A program made the position numbers and the translations under genes. A stretch of 60,568 nucleotides of DNA, counting the filler, from Globobulimina sp. (Eukaryota): assembly GCA_003354225.1 (NCBI GenBank). It is 17 parts of 17 records of this genome, joined end to end, with 100 filler letters (N's around TTAATTAATTAA, not from the genome) between each part and the next. Parts side by side here need not be neighbours in the genome. Positions count along the whole stretch, not along the records: positions 21,429 to 24,898 come from PIVH01002719.1; positions 24,999 to 28,467 come from PIVH01002720.1; positions 28,568 to 32,036 come from PIVH01002721.1; positions 32,137 to 35,604 come from PIVH01002722.1; 13 more parts are not named here. The stretch is one strand, 5' to 3'. The notes under the pieces are model-generated. The model searched no databases and was not told where the DNA came from. It was given only the letters and a program-made list of their open reading frames with translations. Below, piece by piece: positions 23,034-35,604 of this stretch. Every line of letters starts with the position of its first letter. The first letter of the stretch is position 1.

Positions 23034-24059
23034 ATGAACCAAGATCACGACGATATGATCAGATTACAAATAAATACAAAAAACAATGACGAAAATATTG
23101 TTCCTGATGACGCAAAAAATACAAGCGGAGACAACAACGTTTATTGTGTTACGTTTGAATCAAAACCATATGGCTTTCGTCTTAAACCTTATAAATCACA
23201 AAACAACGATGCAATCATAAAATCAATAATCAACACAAAACTATCCAAATCCTTATCTGTCGGCTCAAAAATTCTACAAATAAATGATATTTCGGTTGAA
23301 TCCAAACAACTCTCTGAAATAACAGATATTTTACGCAATGCAGAGTTGCCTGTAAATATAACATTTTATAAACCAAATTACGACTATGCTGATTATGTAA
23401 ACACTGAAGATATGTTACAACAACGGGTGCCTTCAAATTCTGAAAGAATAAAGATTTGTAAAATTATGATTGAAATCAGTATCATATTTTGCTCCATTAT
23501 ATCTTCATTCTGTTTGTCTGGTAATTCAGTAAAAAAAAAAGGTTTGGTTGTTACTTTGAATTCCGTTATTTTGGGTGTCTCGCTTTTCAAATGTTATGTA
23601 AAATATTCGTTGGATTACGATAAGTCAACAACGACAAAGCCATATAACACCGAATGGGGATTATTAATCATTTTAAATGTTTTATACGTTCTAACAGCAA
23701 ATGCTTTATTCGATTTGATTCAGGCCATTGCTATAATAAACGGTGTGAGTCATGGTATTACAAAGTTGGTTATTTTAGCGATTGGGTCATGGATTGGCAC
23801 TATTTGTGTGATTATGGAGCTTATAAATATTAAAGAAATACGGAAACGAAATTTATCACTCGGAAAAAATGTTCGCTCGGTTATTGTATTATTTTTAATG
23901 ATTCAACAGGTTTTAGGAATTTATTTATCAGCAACTTATCATAATAGTGGGAGATATAAAACAGAATATGGATCTATACTGAGTTGGATTTCATATATTG
24001 TTGAAACTGTTTTATTGTTTGGTGGTGGTGTTGAGATCTTTATGTTGTGTGTGATATAA
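23034..24059 (+). CDS. N-terminal PDZ domain plus multi-pass membrane region
   Basis: VTFESKPYGFRL...LSVGSKILQINDISVE...ILRNAELPVNITF, followed by about 6 hydrophobic helices. Confidence 0.7.
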   Translation: MNQDHDDMIRLQINTKNNDENIVPDDAKNTSGDNNVYCVTFESKPYGFRLKPYKSQNNDAIIKSIINTKLSKSLSVGSKILQINDISVESKQLSEITDILRNAELPVNITFYKPNYDYADYVNTEDMLQQRVPSNSERIKICKIMIEISIIFCSIISSFCLSGNSVKKKGLVVTLNSVILGVSLFKCYVKYSLDYDKSTTTKPYNTEWGLLIILNVLYVLTANALFDLIQAIAIINGVSHGITKLVILAIGSWIGTICVIMELINIKEIRKRNLSLGKNVRSVIVLFLMIQQVLGIYLSATYHNSGRYKTEYGSILSWISYIVETVLLFGGGVEIFMLCVI

Positions 24060-24185
24060 TTAATTCCAATATTTGTGTTAGAAAGTTTCGTTTCTAACTT
24101 TTCTAACATTCGTCCAACAAGATTCTCTAATTTATGTGACGCGTTTAATTTTGAAGTTAATTCTGACTACGAAATAACTATAAAT

Positions 24186-24898
24186 ATGAGCGCCAGTGAT
24201 GAAGCACATGAAATCAAGACGACAGACGCTGCAGAAACAGCATCCAACGATATAGGTAATACGCCAAATAATAACTCACTGCAAACTACTCTACAATTAC
24301 CAGTAAATTCATCCACTTGGGAATCACCAGAAATATACCTCAATAAAGACATATTTTTAACCGACGACAATATGACTATAAAATCCCAACACGATGAAGT
24401 TAATTGGAATGAAATGGATATAAATAAATCTCATTTAATACGCGACTTTATTTTGTTTATATTGTATTGGATAGGTTTATTAAATGGTATTTTTTTGAAT
24501 ATTTGGTATATTCGTTTAACATTCTTTATAATATGGCTGTTATCATTAATCATTGCTATTTTGTCACATATATATTTTAGATCTCCTCCATTTTATCCAT
24601 TGTATAAAGGATGTGATAATGATTATAAATATAACAAATATCTGAGTGAATCCGCAGAACAATATATCACCGAATGGAATGAAATGGGTCTATGGAATGG
24701 CAGGGAATCTCAGTTAAAAAGAAGAGCATTGGAAATAAAATTATGTTACCTACAAACATTTGGTGGTTTCACCGATAGCAATTTTGGTAGCATTGATATT
24801 ACAGCAACAAAAATGGAGAATAAAAGGTGGTTGGGCGGGGCGGGGTGTGTGATTGGGTGGCGTGGGTGGTGTGGGTGGTGGTGGGTGAGTACACTAGA
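24186..24898 (+). CDS. Hypothetical membrane protein, 3'-truncated
   Basis: Open frame with two TM helices, running into a G-rich contig end. Confidence 0.5.
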
Positions 24899-24998
24899 NN
24901 NNNNNNNNNNNNNNNNNNNNNNNNNNNNNNNNNNNNNNNNNNTTAATTAATTAANNNNNNNNNNNNNNNNNNNNNNNNNNNNNNNNNNNNNNNNNNNN

Positions 24999-25913
24999 GT
25001 GAATGTTTTATAACTCTGTCGACAATGCCCATTTTTAAAGCATTCTTAACTGCAACTTGCGTAGTAATGCCTGTGTGGTTCAATAGGTGAACAAAATCGA
25101 TGTCATGTTTTCAATGATTCGGCAATAATGAAAAAAAAAAGTTAAAAACGCGTTTTTAGTTTTTTTTTTTCATTATTACTTGGTTCAACTGTTTGTTGTG
25201 TGATAACATCGATTTTGAACATTACCGCATGCCCAAAACACAGGCAATTCATCTTGTTTGATTGGCACAGTCTGACCATAATTCGGCTTATTTATATCTT
25301 TTATACCAATTCCTTGCGGGTATCCAAATGCTATCGGTGATCCATGAGCGTTTGCTAATGGTTCAGTAATCTTATAAGCAGATAAAATTTGTGTCCGTTT
25401 AATAGGACGCATGGAAACCACCATATGTTTCCCAAATCCATTAACGTTGTTTGTAACAATATTGGTATCATACATTGCTACGTTTCTATTTAATTCTATA
25501 TGTCTCATATTTATACCACTGCTTTGCAGTGCGTTTTCGAATGAAAATGAACATCCTAAAAAAAATGTTACCAAATCATTATTCCACAGATTTTGAATAT
25601 CATTCACTTCATTAAATGTGCCATCATTTTCATATATGCGATATTTTGGTAATGAACTTCGGATATCAGCATTTGGTGCAAGTATGGATGTGTACGGATT
25701 GCCAGCGGATAGCACTTCTAATAATGGTGCTGGCCGCGGATTTAATTCACAAAATGTTTGAAAATCGGAGGCATACTTTTTCTCTAAAATTACAACGTTT
25801 GCTTGTATGTAACCATCACAACAACCATTGGTTGGTGATTTGTATTTTTGATCACAAAATATTTTACGTGCTTGTTGTGGTTGTGCGTTGCGCAGAGATT
25901 GTCGAGTGTACAT
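24999..25913 (-). CDS. DUF1445/UPF0317 putative hydro-lyase (D-glutamate cyclase-related), one intron, 3'-truncated
   Basis: GYIQANVVIL..FCELNPRPAPLL, GCSFSFE, VVSMRP, AHGSP and PVFWACG|ITTQ. Intron 25225..25071. Confidence 0.9.
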
Positions 25914-26024
25914 ATTATATATTTATATATCACCAGACTAAACTGTTTTTTTTTTATTTTTGGCATTTTATTATGTAAATTAATGGCTCCTTCCAGTTTG
26001 TGGTAAAATACTTTAACATATTGA

Positions 26025-26840
26025 ATGAATGTAAATGGATTTATGTGGATGATTCCCTATTCTTTATGGATGAGTGGATGTGTCTATTATTTGTATAGAG
26101 TTTATTTTCTTTTTAGGCGATATAAACATGGAATTATTACAACAGGACAAATAACAAGAAAATGGATAGAAAAACAAAATATTGATACAGCTGAAACAAT
26201 TGAATATTTTGTTGAATTTACTTTCATGGATAAACGAAGTGAACTTACAAACAAATACTTATACAAAATGATTTATATATTTTTCAATAATGACGATACT
26301 CATTTATATGTACCCGATGATATTATTAATTTATGCTTGGAATATATTGAAGGCGCATTTATGTTTTATTACGGACCTTATAGCTCACAACAACAAATTA
26401 CAAATTTTAAATATAATCAAGTTGATGAAAATGATAATATTGCAGTAAAATATGACATGGGCTATCCTCGAAATGTTGAAATTTATAAAGACAATGAGAA
26501 TAACGATTATCTTTATTATTGCTGTATGTTTATTACGCCAATATTTTGTATTTTTGCTATTGGTGTTGCAATTGTTTATGGATTAAAAATAACAGTTGAT
26601 TACAATACGAATAATCATAATGAACGGAATGGACTGATTATGATAATATTTGTATCATCAATATTTATAACAATTGCTTTTTTTGCATTTTACTGTTTTA
26701 AGAAAAAGTATTTTTGTTTCAAATTGCAGAAAGAATTGAAATTTTTTAATGACATTCAAGATATAAATCATGTCAACGTTGTTTGTGATACAGTCATGTC
26801 AAATGATGAAGAAACCAGCGATGACGAGTCAATCATATAA
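26025..26840 (+). CDS. Hypothetical membrane protein (DUF3592-like layout)
   Basis: TM, then GIITTGQI..YFVEFTF..IAVKYD..P, then two TMs. Confidence 0.5.
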   Translation: MNVNGFMWMIPYSLWMSGCVYYLYRVYFLFRRYKHGIITTGQITRKWIEKQNIDTAETIEYFVEFTFMDKRSELTNKYLYKMIYIFFNNDDTHLYVPDDIINLCLEYIEGAFMFYYGPYSSQQQITNFKYNQVDENDNIAVKYDMGYPRNVEIYKDNENNDYLYYCCMFITPIFCIFAIGVAIVYGLKITVDYNTNNHNERNGLIMIIFVSSIFITIAFFAFYCFKKKYFCFKLQKELKFFNDIQDINHVNVVCDTVMSNDEETSDDESII

Positions 26841-27132
26841 AATATCTTTTTTTTACAGTTTGGATTTACGTTTAGTGTTTTTTGTGCATTGTTTTTTCTC
26901 TTCTGATTTATTTAGTATTTGATATTAATGACTTAACGATTTGGTTCAGTTTTTTATACAGAAACTGTTTGCTATGGCTTTGTGTCGGTTTGCTATAACT
27001 TTAACGTTTGGGACATATCGTTTAAAGCTCTGACTTGAAAACTTACTTTCAATATTATTTTAATAATGACAACTGCCAATTTAGTTGTGTCCATTTTTCG
27101 GTTTTGGTGATAAAATCCAGCACCAAACGATC

Positions 27133-28467
27133 GATGCAAAATAAAAATAAAAATAGAAAGACAACCAAAACCAAAACGTCCCCGCGATCGCCTAAATTAC
27201 AGGTACACGTAGATTATTATGAAGGATTCACTGACCACACTACGCCATCAAATCAAAACCACCAAAACACTCGCCATCGAGCTTCCAAATCGCAACCACC
27301 AAAAATGAAAAACAGTACAAAAATTAAGAAATCAAAACCTAAAAAGATTAAAAAATCTAAAAAAAATACAAAACCCCACAACTATAAACGACATAAACTG
27401 TCAAAAAGTAAACCTTCTCCACCACTGCCACCGCCACATTTACTCCACACTCCATCGCGTTCCCTCGATGATCGCGACACTGCGCCAATGACAAAAGCCA
27501 CAAAAAAAACAAGGCTACGACCCAAATCAACATCACATAGAAACTCACACAAATCCACACAAAAAACACGTTTCTCAATAATTAGATCACGATCAATGAC
27601 TCCATCAAAGCCCAAACACGCATCACCTCCAACTGCGCCGGTACAGCCACCCACCAATCAACAGCAAAAAGCATCCAATATCAATTTAAATGTTCGCATT
27701 GAGCAGGCCAAAGGTTTAAGAAAGCACCATATTTATTGCATAACTGTCTCGATTGGATCGCGCTGTTACACCACGCAAAAGATAGAGTCATCGCACCCGA
27801 AATGGAATGAATCGTTTTTATTTTCCTTCGAATATGCAAATTATATAATCATTACACTGAACGAAATGGAAAACACTGAAAGAAAAACAGATTTGGACGA
27901 TGAAGGAATGAGCAATGAATCGATTATGATGCATTTTCGAGGCATTGGTAAGTATTCAAAATTGACTTGGCTGACATTGAACAAATTGGACGCAAAGTTA
28001 CGCGTTAAAATCAAATTGCGTGCTTCCGCCAAATTAGATTTGGAGAAATATAAAACAGAAATGAATAATATGTTGGCGTTGTGCAGGGAAAATAATTTAA
28101 ATTTAACTATTAATGATGTTAAAATGAGATCGAATCAGAAAATTCATAATTTGGATGTAAAATCATTACAACAATCAACAACGGCATCGGCTTCGTTAAA
28201 TCACAGCAAATTATCTCATCAATCGAAAGTGCGCAGTATTGAATATCCTGTCGGCTCAGAAAAGTTGTTAATTATATTAGAAAATGTGAATATTATCGTA
28301 AACCGTGGCATTGTGGAGGTTTGCGATGTTATATTAACTTCATACCGGTTAATAATACGATATCACGCCATGGAATCACAGGCATTGTCCTTTCAAATAT
28401 TGTTCGGCCTGATTCTAAAATTAAAAATTAAACAAAAACGAGTGAATAACAAAATCATTAATCCGTT
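27133..28467 (+). CDS. C2-domain protein with start of a GRAM/PH-like domain, 3'-truncated
   Basis: K/S/P-rich N-terminus, LNVRIEQAKGL..YTTQKIESSHPKWNESFLF (C2), and EKLL...VILTSYRLI (PH-GRAM-like). Confidence 0.7.
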
Positions 28468-28878
28468 NNNNNNNNNNNNNNNNNNNNNNNNNNNNNNNNN
28501 NNNNNNNNNNNTTAATTAATTAANNNNNNNNNNNNNNNNNNNNNNNNNNNNNNNNNNNNNNNNNNNNTCTCTGCATCCGACAAGTTAAGTAAAGAAAGAG
28601 AAATAAATAAAACAACACTTTTTAAACAATAACATTCTTTACACGCTGCCAAATATCATTCACTCACTGTCTCAACACATTCAATGACGGATTCTTTTAT
28701 CAATTTGTTAATCGTTCTTCTTTTGTTTTGTTTGGTTACAATTCATGCAAATCATTTTATTTTTTACCTTTTTGCCAACTAAAATTTATCCCTCATTGTG
28801 AGAGAAATCGAGAAAGAAAAATATTTATTTATATAAAAAAACTCCAACTGTTTTTAAATACCGCCAGAGCCACAAAAG

Positions 28879-29893
28879 ATGGCAGATGAAGAATCAATTG
28901 CACTTCGAAAGAAACTATTAGGATTAGACAAAAATGAAGTGGCCAAAAAATGTAAAAAGAAATCGTTATCAACGGGTGGTACCAAAACTGATATGGTTGA
29001 TCGTTTGGTAGAATATAACGCAGAAAATGGCGGAGTGACCGGTGCGCGGGAAGGCTCAAACAAAAACAAGAAGAAAAAAGGAAGCACCGCTGGCGGTGCT
29101 GACTCTAAAAAGTCTGATAAAAAACGGAGTAAATCTGGCGGCGGCCGCTCCGGAGGAGGTGGTGGAGGCGGAGGTGGCAGATCAAATGGAGGAAGTCGAG
29201 GTGGCGGCGGTGGCAGATCAAACACCGGCGATGACGGAGGAGGTGGAGGTGGCTGTTATTGCAACTGTGGAGGTGATGGTGGCGCAGAGGATGAGAATCA
29301 AAATCAAAACATGCGAAGAATAATCGGCGGCATTTTGGGTGTAATATGTCTATTATTAATCGTTAAGTGTCTGCTATGTTACTTATATTGTATACCATTA
29401 ACTTTATACTGTGCAGATTGTAGCAATGGGCGTGAATGTATTATCTAGATATTCCACAACGGATTTCACTGTCACGTGCAGATGGAGTGAGGTGCGAGGT
29501 TGTGATGCCAATGACAACTGTCAGGTAGTTACGTTTGATTATGACTGTGATGCGTGCGGTATCGATGAGGATTGCAAGAGCTGCAAAACACAAAAAGGTG
29601 GGCAGGCATGGCTTGCGTTTAATATTTTGGCGCTTATTTGTTTATTGGTGGGTGTTGTGCTTGTGTTTGCGGGCCATTTTAGTTTGAAAGCACAAGCATT
29701 TGTAAAATGGGCAAAGATATTTTATATTGTTTCTGCAGTATTTTTATTTATTGGTGTGGTGGCATGGGTGGGTGCCAATAGTTATAATGCAAGTTGTTAT
29801 GATCCGGATAATGATCTTGGTCTGGGGACGTCCAATATTATTGATATAATCACTGGTTGTTTATTGGTCATCGGATTTCTTTTGGTGTTTTAA
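28879..29893 (+). CDS. SAP-domain plus Gly-rich linker plus claudin/PMP22-like four-TM protein, one intron
   Basis: LDKNEVAKKCKKKSLSTGGTKTDMVDRL (SAP). Phase-0 intron 29362..29416 completes TM1, followed by a Cys-rich loop and three more TMs. Confidence 0.75.
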
Positions 29894-30069
29894 TCAAACA
29901 GAAAAGCAAAAAAAACGAGCAATTAAATTTGATCTGTGCATAATTGTAAATAATGAATGAAACCATTTTGTGTTGGTATAATCTGTGCAGTGTTTTTGTG
30001 AAAAACGTTACACCAATTTGCCGAATGAAAATTAAGCAATGGTTGAGACGCTTGTTTAGTAGCTAATAT

Positions 30070-30663
30070 TTATAACAAATCAATATTAAGGTTTGAATAC
30101 AATGCAGTTGACGCATATCCTCTCAATCCAACACTCCCAGCAGTATATGAGCTTGAATTGTCAGTATATGTGGTGAGCATTTTTCCATTAACATAAATAC
30201 TATATTTATTGCCCACAGCCGTCACAGTCAAAACAAATGGATTCTTTGCGTCACAAACAGAGTTTGGTGAGGAATAATGTGCAAGATATCCATTATCCAT
30301 TTTACCAAATTGTAAGAAGCCCAGACCATTAACACCAACGTAATATTGTTGTCCACCATTATTTGTAGCAGATACTGATTTTGCTCTAAATAGTAAACCA
30401 GCATTGTCAGCAGAATCTGATGCGGGATCAAGTACTTGCATTGTTAATGAAATATTATAATTTGTCCAAGTTGTAGATGCTTTATAACGGTCACCAATCC
30501 ATGTTATTGCGCCTGCTGTTTGATCTGCACCTAATATACCACATGGTGGATACGCCCATTGTCCCGATATTTTGCTCCATATCGTAGTATTACAAAACCA
30601 ATTTTCCGAACCATATGCTACATTTATGAGCAACAACACTGAAAATAAATTTAATAACGACAT
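30070..30663 (-). CDS. Secreted DUF1080-like (ConA/LamG-fold) protein
   Basis: Signal peptide; WTNYNISL..NAGLLFRA..YY..LTVTAVGN..IYVNG..Y.D...GSVGL. Confidence 0.7.
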   Translation of the reverse strand: MSLLNLFSVLLLINVAYGSENWFCNTTIWSKISGQWAYPPCGILGADQTAGAITWIGDRYKASTTWTNYNISLTMQVLDPASDSADNAGLLFRAKSVSATNNGGQQYYVGVNGLGFLQFGKMDNGYLAHYSSPNSVCDAKNPFVLTVTAVGNKYSIYVNGKMLTTYTDNSSSYTAGSVGLRGYASTALYSNLNIDLL

Positions 30664-30706
30664 GATTACAAAACCAAACACTTAAGCTTTTTGAGTAAAC
30701 TTTCAA

Positions 30707-31883
30707 TTATTTATATTGCATTTCAACCATATCTTTCTGTAAACTAAGAATATCATCACTTAAACTTGTTGTACAAAGTTCCAAATCACATAAAGGTTTC
30801 GCCCATCTTATTTTACCGCTGTCTCGTTTCTCTTGCTTGTCATACATTTCTGCAGTTTTTTTAATTAGTTCCCACCTCGGAGAATGCAATGGATGCTCCA
30901 ACTTTGCAGTCCAGCTCTTGCCACCAACTTCAATTACATTATGCCTATCATTCGCCAACATCTCTTCCTTCGAATTCTCTTTCTCTTTCCTCATATCCTC
31001 CAACAATTGTTTTATCATATTTTCCTGTATCAGCATGACCCGTATTTTTCTGTGCCGCACACTTCTCTCCGGCTCACAAGTCAATGCCATCAAATAAACG
31101 CCAGTCTCAATGTTACTCGCTATGTTTACACCATTTCTGCTTTTTATATTTGACAAGAAATTGCCACTCGAACAAGATTCACTGAGGTTCCTATCGTCAA
31201 TCTCGCCATGTTTATTAATGAAATTATGATACACAATATCACGATGAATGAATGCATTGGCACATATTGAGCTGATTTGGTTTGCTATTTGATTGCAAAC
31301 AGTCCAATGATTGTTACTGTTTTCAATTATAATGAATGGGTTTTCTTCATTGGTTTTCTTTGCTGCCTCAATTAGTTGTTTTATACCCTCTGGATTTGGG
31401 ATAACATCACGGACTTCTTTTTCCATCAAAGTCCGAAAGTATAATGTATATTTTGTACAACCTGTAGCTGTTTTCGGTGAACGGATAATTGTATTTAATG
31501 ACACGTTCATAACATTATAGAAATCTTTCCTATGCCAGGAACGTTTTGAGCGGAAAAGTATTCTCGACGATGCTATTCCAGTTAGAAGCAATGGGATGGA
31601 AATCAAAGCAAGTTCGATTAGTACTTCTTGTTTGCGTAATTCACTGAAATCCATATTGTATATTTTCTTCAATAACACTGCTTTGAATGCTGTGTATAAC
31701 GTGATTAGGTGTTGCTATTTGGAGAAAATTACAGAAATATCATATACATGGCAGCAATGTGTCAGATTCGAATCTTTTTGGCCACGAATCTTTAGATTCA
31801 CATCTGGCGTAATGTCGTTTCACATAGTTGCCATAATAGAATCCAGTGCAACATGAGGAGAGCAGTAAAGCCCGTCGTAGCAT
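30707..31883 (-). CDS. Hypothetical single-TM protein with presequence-like N-terminus, one intron
   Basis: MLRRALLLSS first exon joined by predicted intron 31747..31690 to the 323-aa ORF. Confidence 0.55.
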
Positions 31884-32330
31884 TATTTCTTACTACTAAC
31901 AAATTAACGATTTTCTTGATAATTGATATTTAACCATGGAAGAACTACGAGTGACAAAAGCAGTGCAACTCTATCGAACAATGAACGGCATCTGGCTATG
32001 TCTTGAAATCCTGATAGATTTCATCTTAATCACGTGNNNNNNNNNNNNNNNNNNNNNNNNNNNNNNNNNNNNNNNNNNNNTTAATTAATTAANNNNNNNN
32101 NNNNNNNNNNNNNNNNNNNNNNNNNNNNNNNNNNNNAACTGTTGGAATGGTGGGATGGGAGATTGCGATGATGTTTGCACTCAAACAAACAGAGATTATT
32201 TTATTGCAACAGATGATAACATACAAAATGAAGTACCATTGATTTCTGTGGATTCTCCACAAAGTGTTTTTGCTTCACAGCAAATCGGTTTTTTATCGGT
32301 AAATGAAATAAAACAAACATATAATGCCAT

Positions 32331-32370
32331 TGCCTCACTTTACCTCACTTTACCTCACTTTACCTCACTA
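32331..32370 (+). repeat. 10-bp tandem repeat (TACCTCACTT) x about 4
   Basis: tgcctcactt tacctcactt tacctcactt tacctcacta. Confidence 0.85.
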
Positions 32371-32763
32371 GAACAATACCCTCGCTATTTTTAGCGTCAT
32401 TTTTGATAAGTTAGCAACTGGGATATACCCAACAATTAGTCAAGACGCAGCAGTTTAAACTTTGTAAACTGCAGATAAAGCATATTGAGAATACAGCAAA
32501 CATTGACGTATTAACATAATCATTAAACTTGGAATTACAAATTAGCATTGAACGCGAGGAGGAACTATTAGTCGCACACCGGCTTTCTACCTTCGACTAA
32601 AATAATTACAGTGAGAGAATAAGTAAAGTGCTGAGGTCATATCTTTAGAAGTATTTATATTAACAATATTAATCCTATATAGATATTTATTTTATACTTT
32701 ATTTTTAAACAAAATATATTTACTTTTATCATACGCATATTCGCATATATTATTATATAAAAT

Positions 32764-34074
32764 ATGGCAGATTTTACTGAAGCAAATAAGCATTTAAGTA
32801 AGGATCAATTAGCATTTATTCGAGACATTAACAACTATAAAATTGGTGAGTCAGTAATTGGCTTTACAGCGCGGAAAATTGATGATATTATTAATTCGTA
32901 TGAAAAAAATGCAATTTTCGTTCGAGAATTTAGAAACTACCACGATGCGACGCAAATTATGCACGAAGCTCAATTAATATTGAAATCAAACAAAGGGTGC
33001 GATATGAGCCAGTTTGGCATTACCTGCATCCTAAAAAAAGTCGTAAGTCTTCAAATTGCCACAGAAATAAATCAATGCATTAGCGATGTCACAGTGGTTC
33101 GTAGTTTCAATGATGAGAACCAGCAATTTGTCCGCTACGCGAAAATTATATTTGTCGTGAAAAAAGAGGAATGTTTTAAGTTAAATAACACAATTAATCT
33201 GATTAAAAAACATATAATTACAAGTGTGAAATTAGTAAACCTCTTAGGTGGTAACGGCAGAGATTCCGTATGCCACTTTACGACGAATAAGAACGCAGCG
33301 TATCTCTATAAATATAGAATTTATGGGTTAAGGCCCAATTTTTATTCAAGCAGTATTAAAGAATTAGCATCGTTGCAGCAGTTAGCAATATTCTTCGCGA
33401 TAAACATGAAACAGTTAGAACCAATGCAATGGGAATATTTCGTCTCATATGATGCCATTGGCCGTAAATTTAAAGAAAATGTCTTTGAATTATCAACAAA
33501 TAAAAGAATCGAAAACTTGGATGAAAATATACGCATATTCGAACCGACAGAGTATACAATCAATGGACTTCCGTGTGGTCTAAACATTAGAATATCGCGA
33601 ATAGGCAAATTATTCCGCGCTACAAACAAAGAATTATTAATAAATAATGAAAAACAAAAATCCGAGTTCCAGCAAAAAATTGACAGTCTTTGTACTCACC
33701 AACCTGTAATTGATGAGATACATAAACAAGCGATTAAACTCAAAAGATATCAGATTTCGACGCCATTATTAGTACAGGCGATGTCGCGCATTTTTAACTA
33801 CAAAGACAATCAAAATGGCAATATTTCACCGTATGACACCATTAAGTATGCGGTTGATAAGAAACTGTGGATAAGAAATGACGCAAATATTAAGTTTAAG
33901 TGTTGTATGAAACAAAGTATGCAGCAAATCAATAATAATGACTTAGACGATACAGATATGGTAGATTTGCAAAATAACTCTGACAATTTGGACAATCTTA
34001 ACATTCAATGCAACTCTTTCAACTCATTAAACTTTGGTGGCTCGCACAATTCAGTGAGTCACCGAAACGCATAA
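32764..34074 (+). CDS. Putative ORF1 of a non-LTR retrotransposon
   Basis: Intronless 436-aa ORF directly upstream of, and co-oriented with, an APE-endonuclease ORF; no known domain seen. Confidence 0.5.
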   Translation: MADFTEANKHLSKDQLAFIRDINNYKIGESVIGFTARKIDDIINSYEKNAIFVREFRNYHDATQIMHEAQLILKSNKGCDMSQFGITCILKKVVSLQIATEINQCISDVTVVRSFNDENQQFVRYAKIIFVVKKEECFKLNNTINLIKKHIITSVKLVNLLGGNGRDSVCHFTTNKNAAYLYKYRIYGLRPNFYSSSIKELASLQQLAIFFAINMKQLEPMQWEYFVSYDAIGRKFKENVFELSTNKRIENLDENIRIFEPTEYTINGLPCGLNIRISRIGKLFRATNKELLINNEKQKSEFQQKIDSLCTHQPVIDEIHKQAIKLKRYQISTPLLVQAMSRIFNYKDNQNGNISPYDTIKYAVDKKLWIRNDANIKFKCCMKQSMQQINNNDLDDTDMVDLQNNSDNLDNLNIQCNSFNSLNFGGSHNSVSHRNA

Positions 34075-34486
34075 AATTGCCCATTCGCCACATTTGTGGC
34101 GGTTGGAAGTTGTCCATAAAAGTCCGTAATTTGTGTGTTATTTGTGTTACGTTTTTGTCTCTACAAAGTATATCACGCTAATTTAACAGATTTGTTGTGG
34201 TATAAATAAGCAAATATAATATTGATTCCTTAAAATAACTTACTTTGAGTGACCTTAGTATTAGTTTTAAAGTAACTTTTTTTTCCTTTTTTTGTTTGAC
34301 GTTGCGGTATTTATTTTATTGTAATATCGAGCATAGTATATTTTACACGTTTACTTTTTGTTTTGTGTGTTAAACTATACTTAAATATAGTATATTAAAC
34401 GTATATTTTACATTTTTGTTTGTTTACTTTTTGAAGTGGTTAAGCAGTCTTTAATTTAATTTTTCATATATATTTAATATATATAT

Positions 34487-35604
34487 ATGCCGAGAAATAA
34501 GCCAGTTCCGTTAAAAAGAGGTACAAAGGAATGGTACATTAGGTATCCTTTCGCGGCAAAAGCAAAATATAATCGATTAAAACGAAAAATTGATAATAAA
34601 AATAAAAAAAAGCGGTATAGTAAAACGACTGTGCAGTCGGTAAAACAGTCTATAATTAATCCGTTAACATGTAAATCGAATAAAATTAAGATTATAATAT
34701 GGAATGTTGATGGGGGAATGAATGCGAATTCAATTAAAAACGCCGATGTTATTACGTATATTGAAGATAAGCAGCCCCATATTTGTATGTTTCAAGAAAC
34801 AGTCGGATTTAAGAATTATAGGGGTTATAAAATTGCGAATGATGGTGAATTTGCACAAATTAATGGAATGAAGCGCATTGCGAATGATATTATTGGTGTA
34901 ACGTCGATTTATGTGTGCGATAATATGGTAAATAGCACCAGTTCTATAGATATCCCATATGATTTAATTGATGCAGTGCCAAAAAATAATATTCATTCAT
35001 GTGCGGTTGTAGTTAAATTAAAAAAAAAGTACAGAAACAGGGATAAAATCGTATTATGGAATGGTTATAGGTCACCAAATAACGATGCAATCAACTTGGT
35101 AAACATCAAAATAATCCATAGATTTATTGCGAATTATATGAATGATGCAACACCGACAATTATTAATAGTGGTGACTATAATATCCGTTCTGAATTCTTA
35201 GGGTCGATTGATAGAAATGATGAGAAACGCTATAATTTATTAAAAAAATATGATGACGGAGATAATTTATTTAATGTAATGAGCAATATCGGCCTGAAAA
35301 ACATGAACGTATATGGACAGAAAACGAGATTTATGAAGAACAAATACGACGTTGTGGAAGAATCAATTATTGATACAATTTGGCCAAATATCAACAAAAA
35401 ACGTCGTACAAAATTAATTAATACTTATATCCCCGAAACTATATCTGATCACTATCCAAATCACTTATATCTAATTAATGTAAATGCTATTAAACAAAAG
35501 AAACGTTTTACGAAAACAGTGTGGGATTTGGAAAAAATGTCGGCCCAAAACATAGAAAAATACCAAAATGATTTAGATATTAAGTTCAAATCAATGAAAA
35601 TGGT
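34487..35604 (+). mobile_element. LINE-like ORF2, APE/EEP endonuclease domain, truncated before RT
   Basis: IIIWNVDG, PHICMFQET, NGYRSP, SGDYN, SIIDTIW and ISDHYP in canonical order, followed by WDL..., as in non-LTR ORF2. Confidence 0.8.

Noticed and set aside
24825-24895. G-rich tract as a telomere or functional G-quadruplex
   Set aside because: Irregular, with no fixed unit, and at a contig end where low-complexity artefacts are common.
28854-29225. Pro-rich minus-strand ORF
   Set aside because: Antisense of the Gly-rich linker of the SAP-tetraspan gene.
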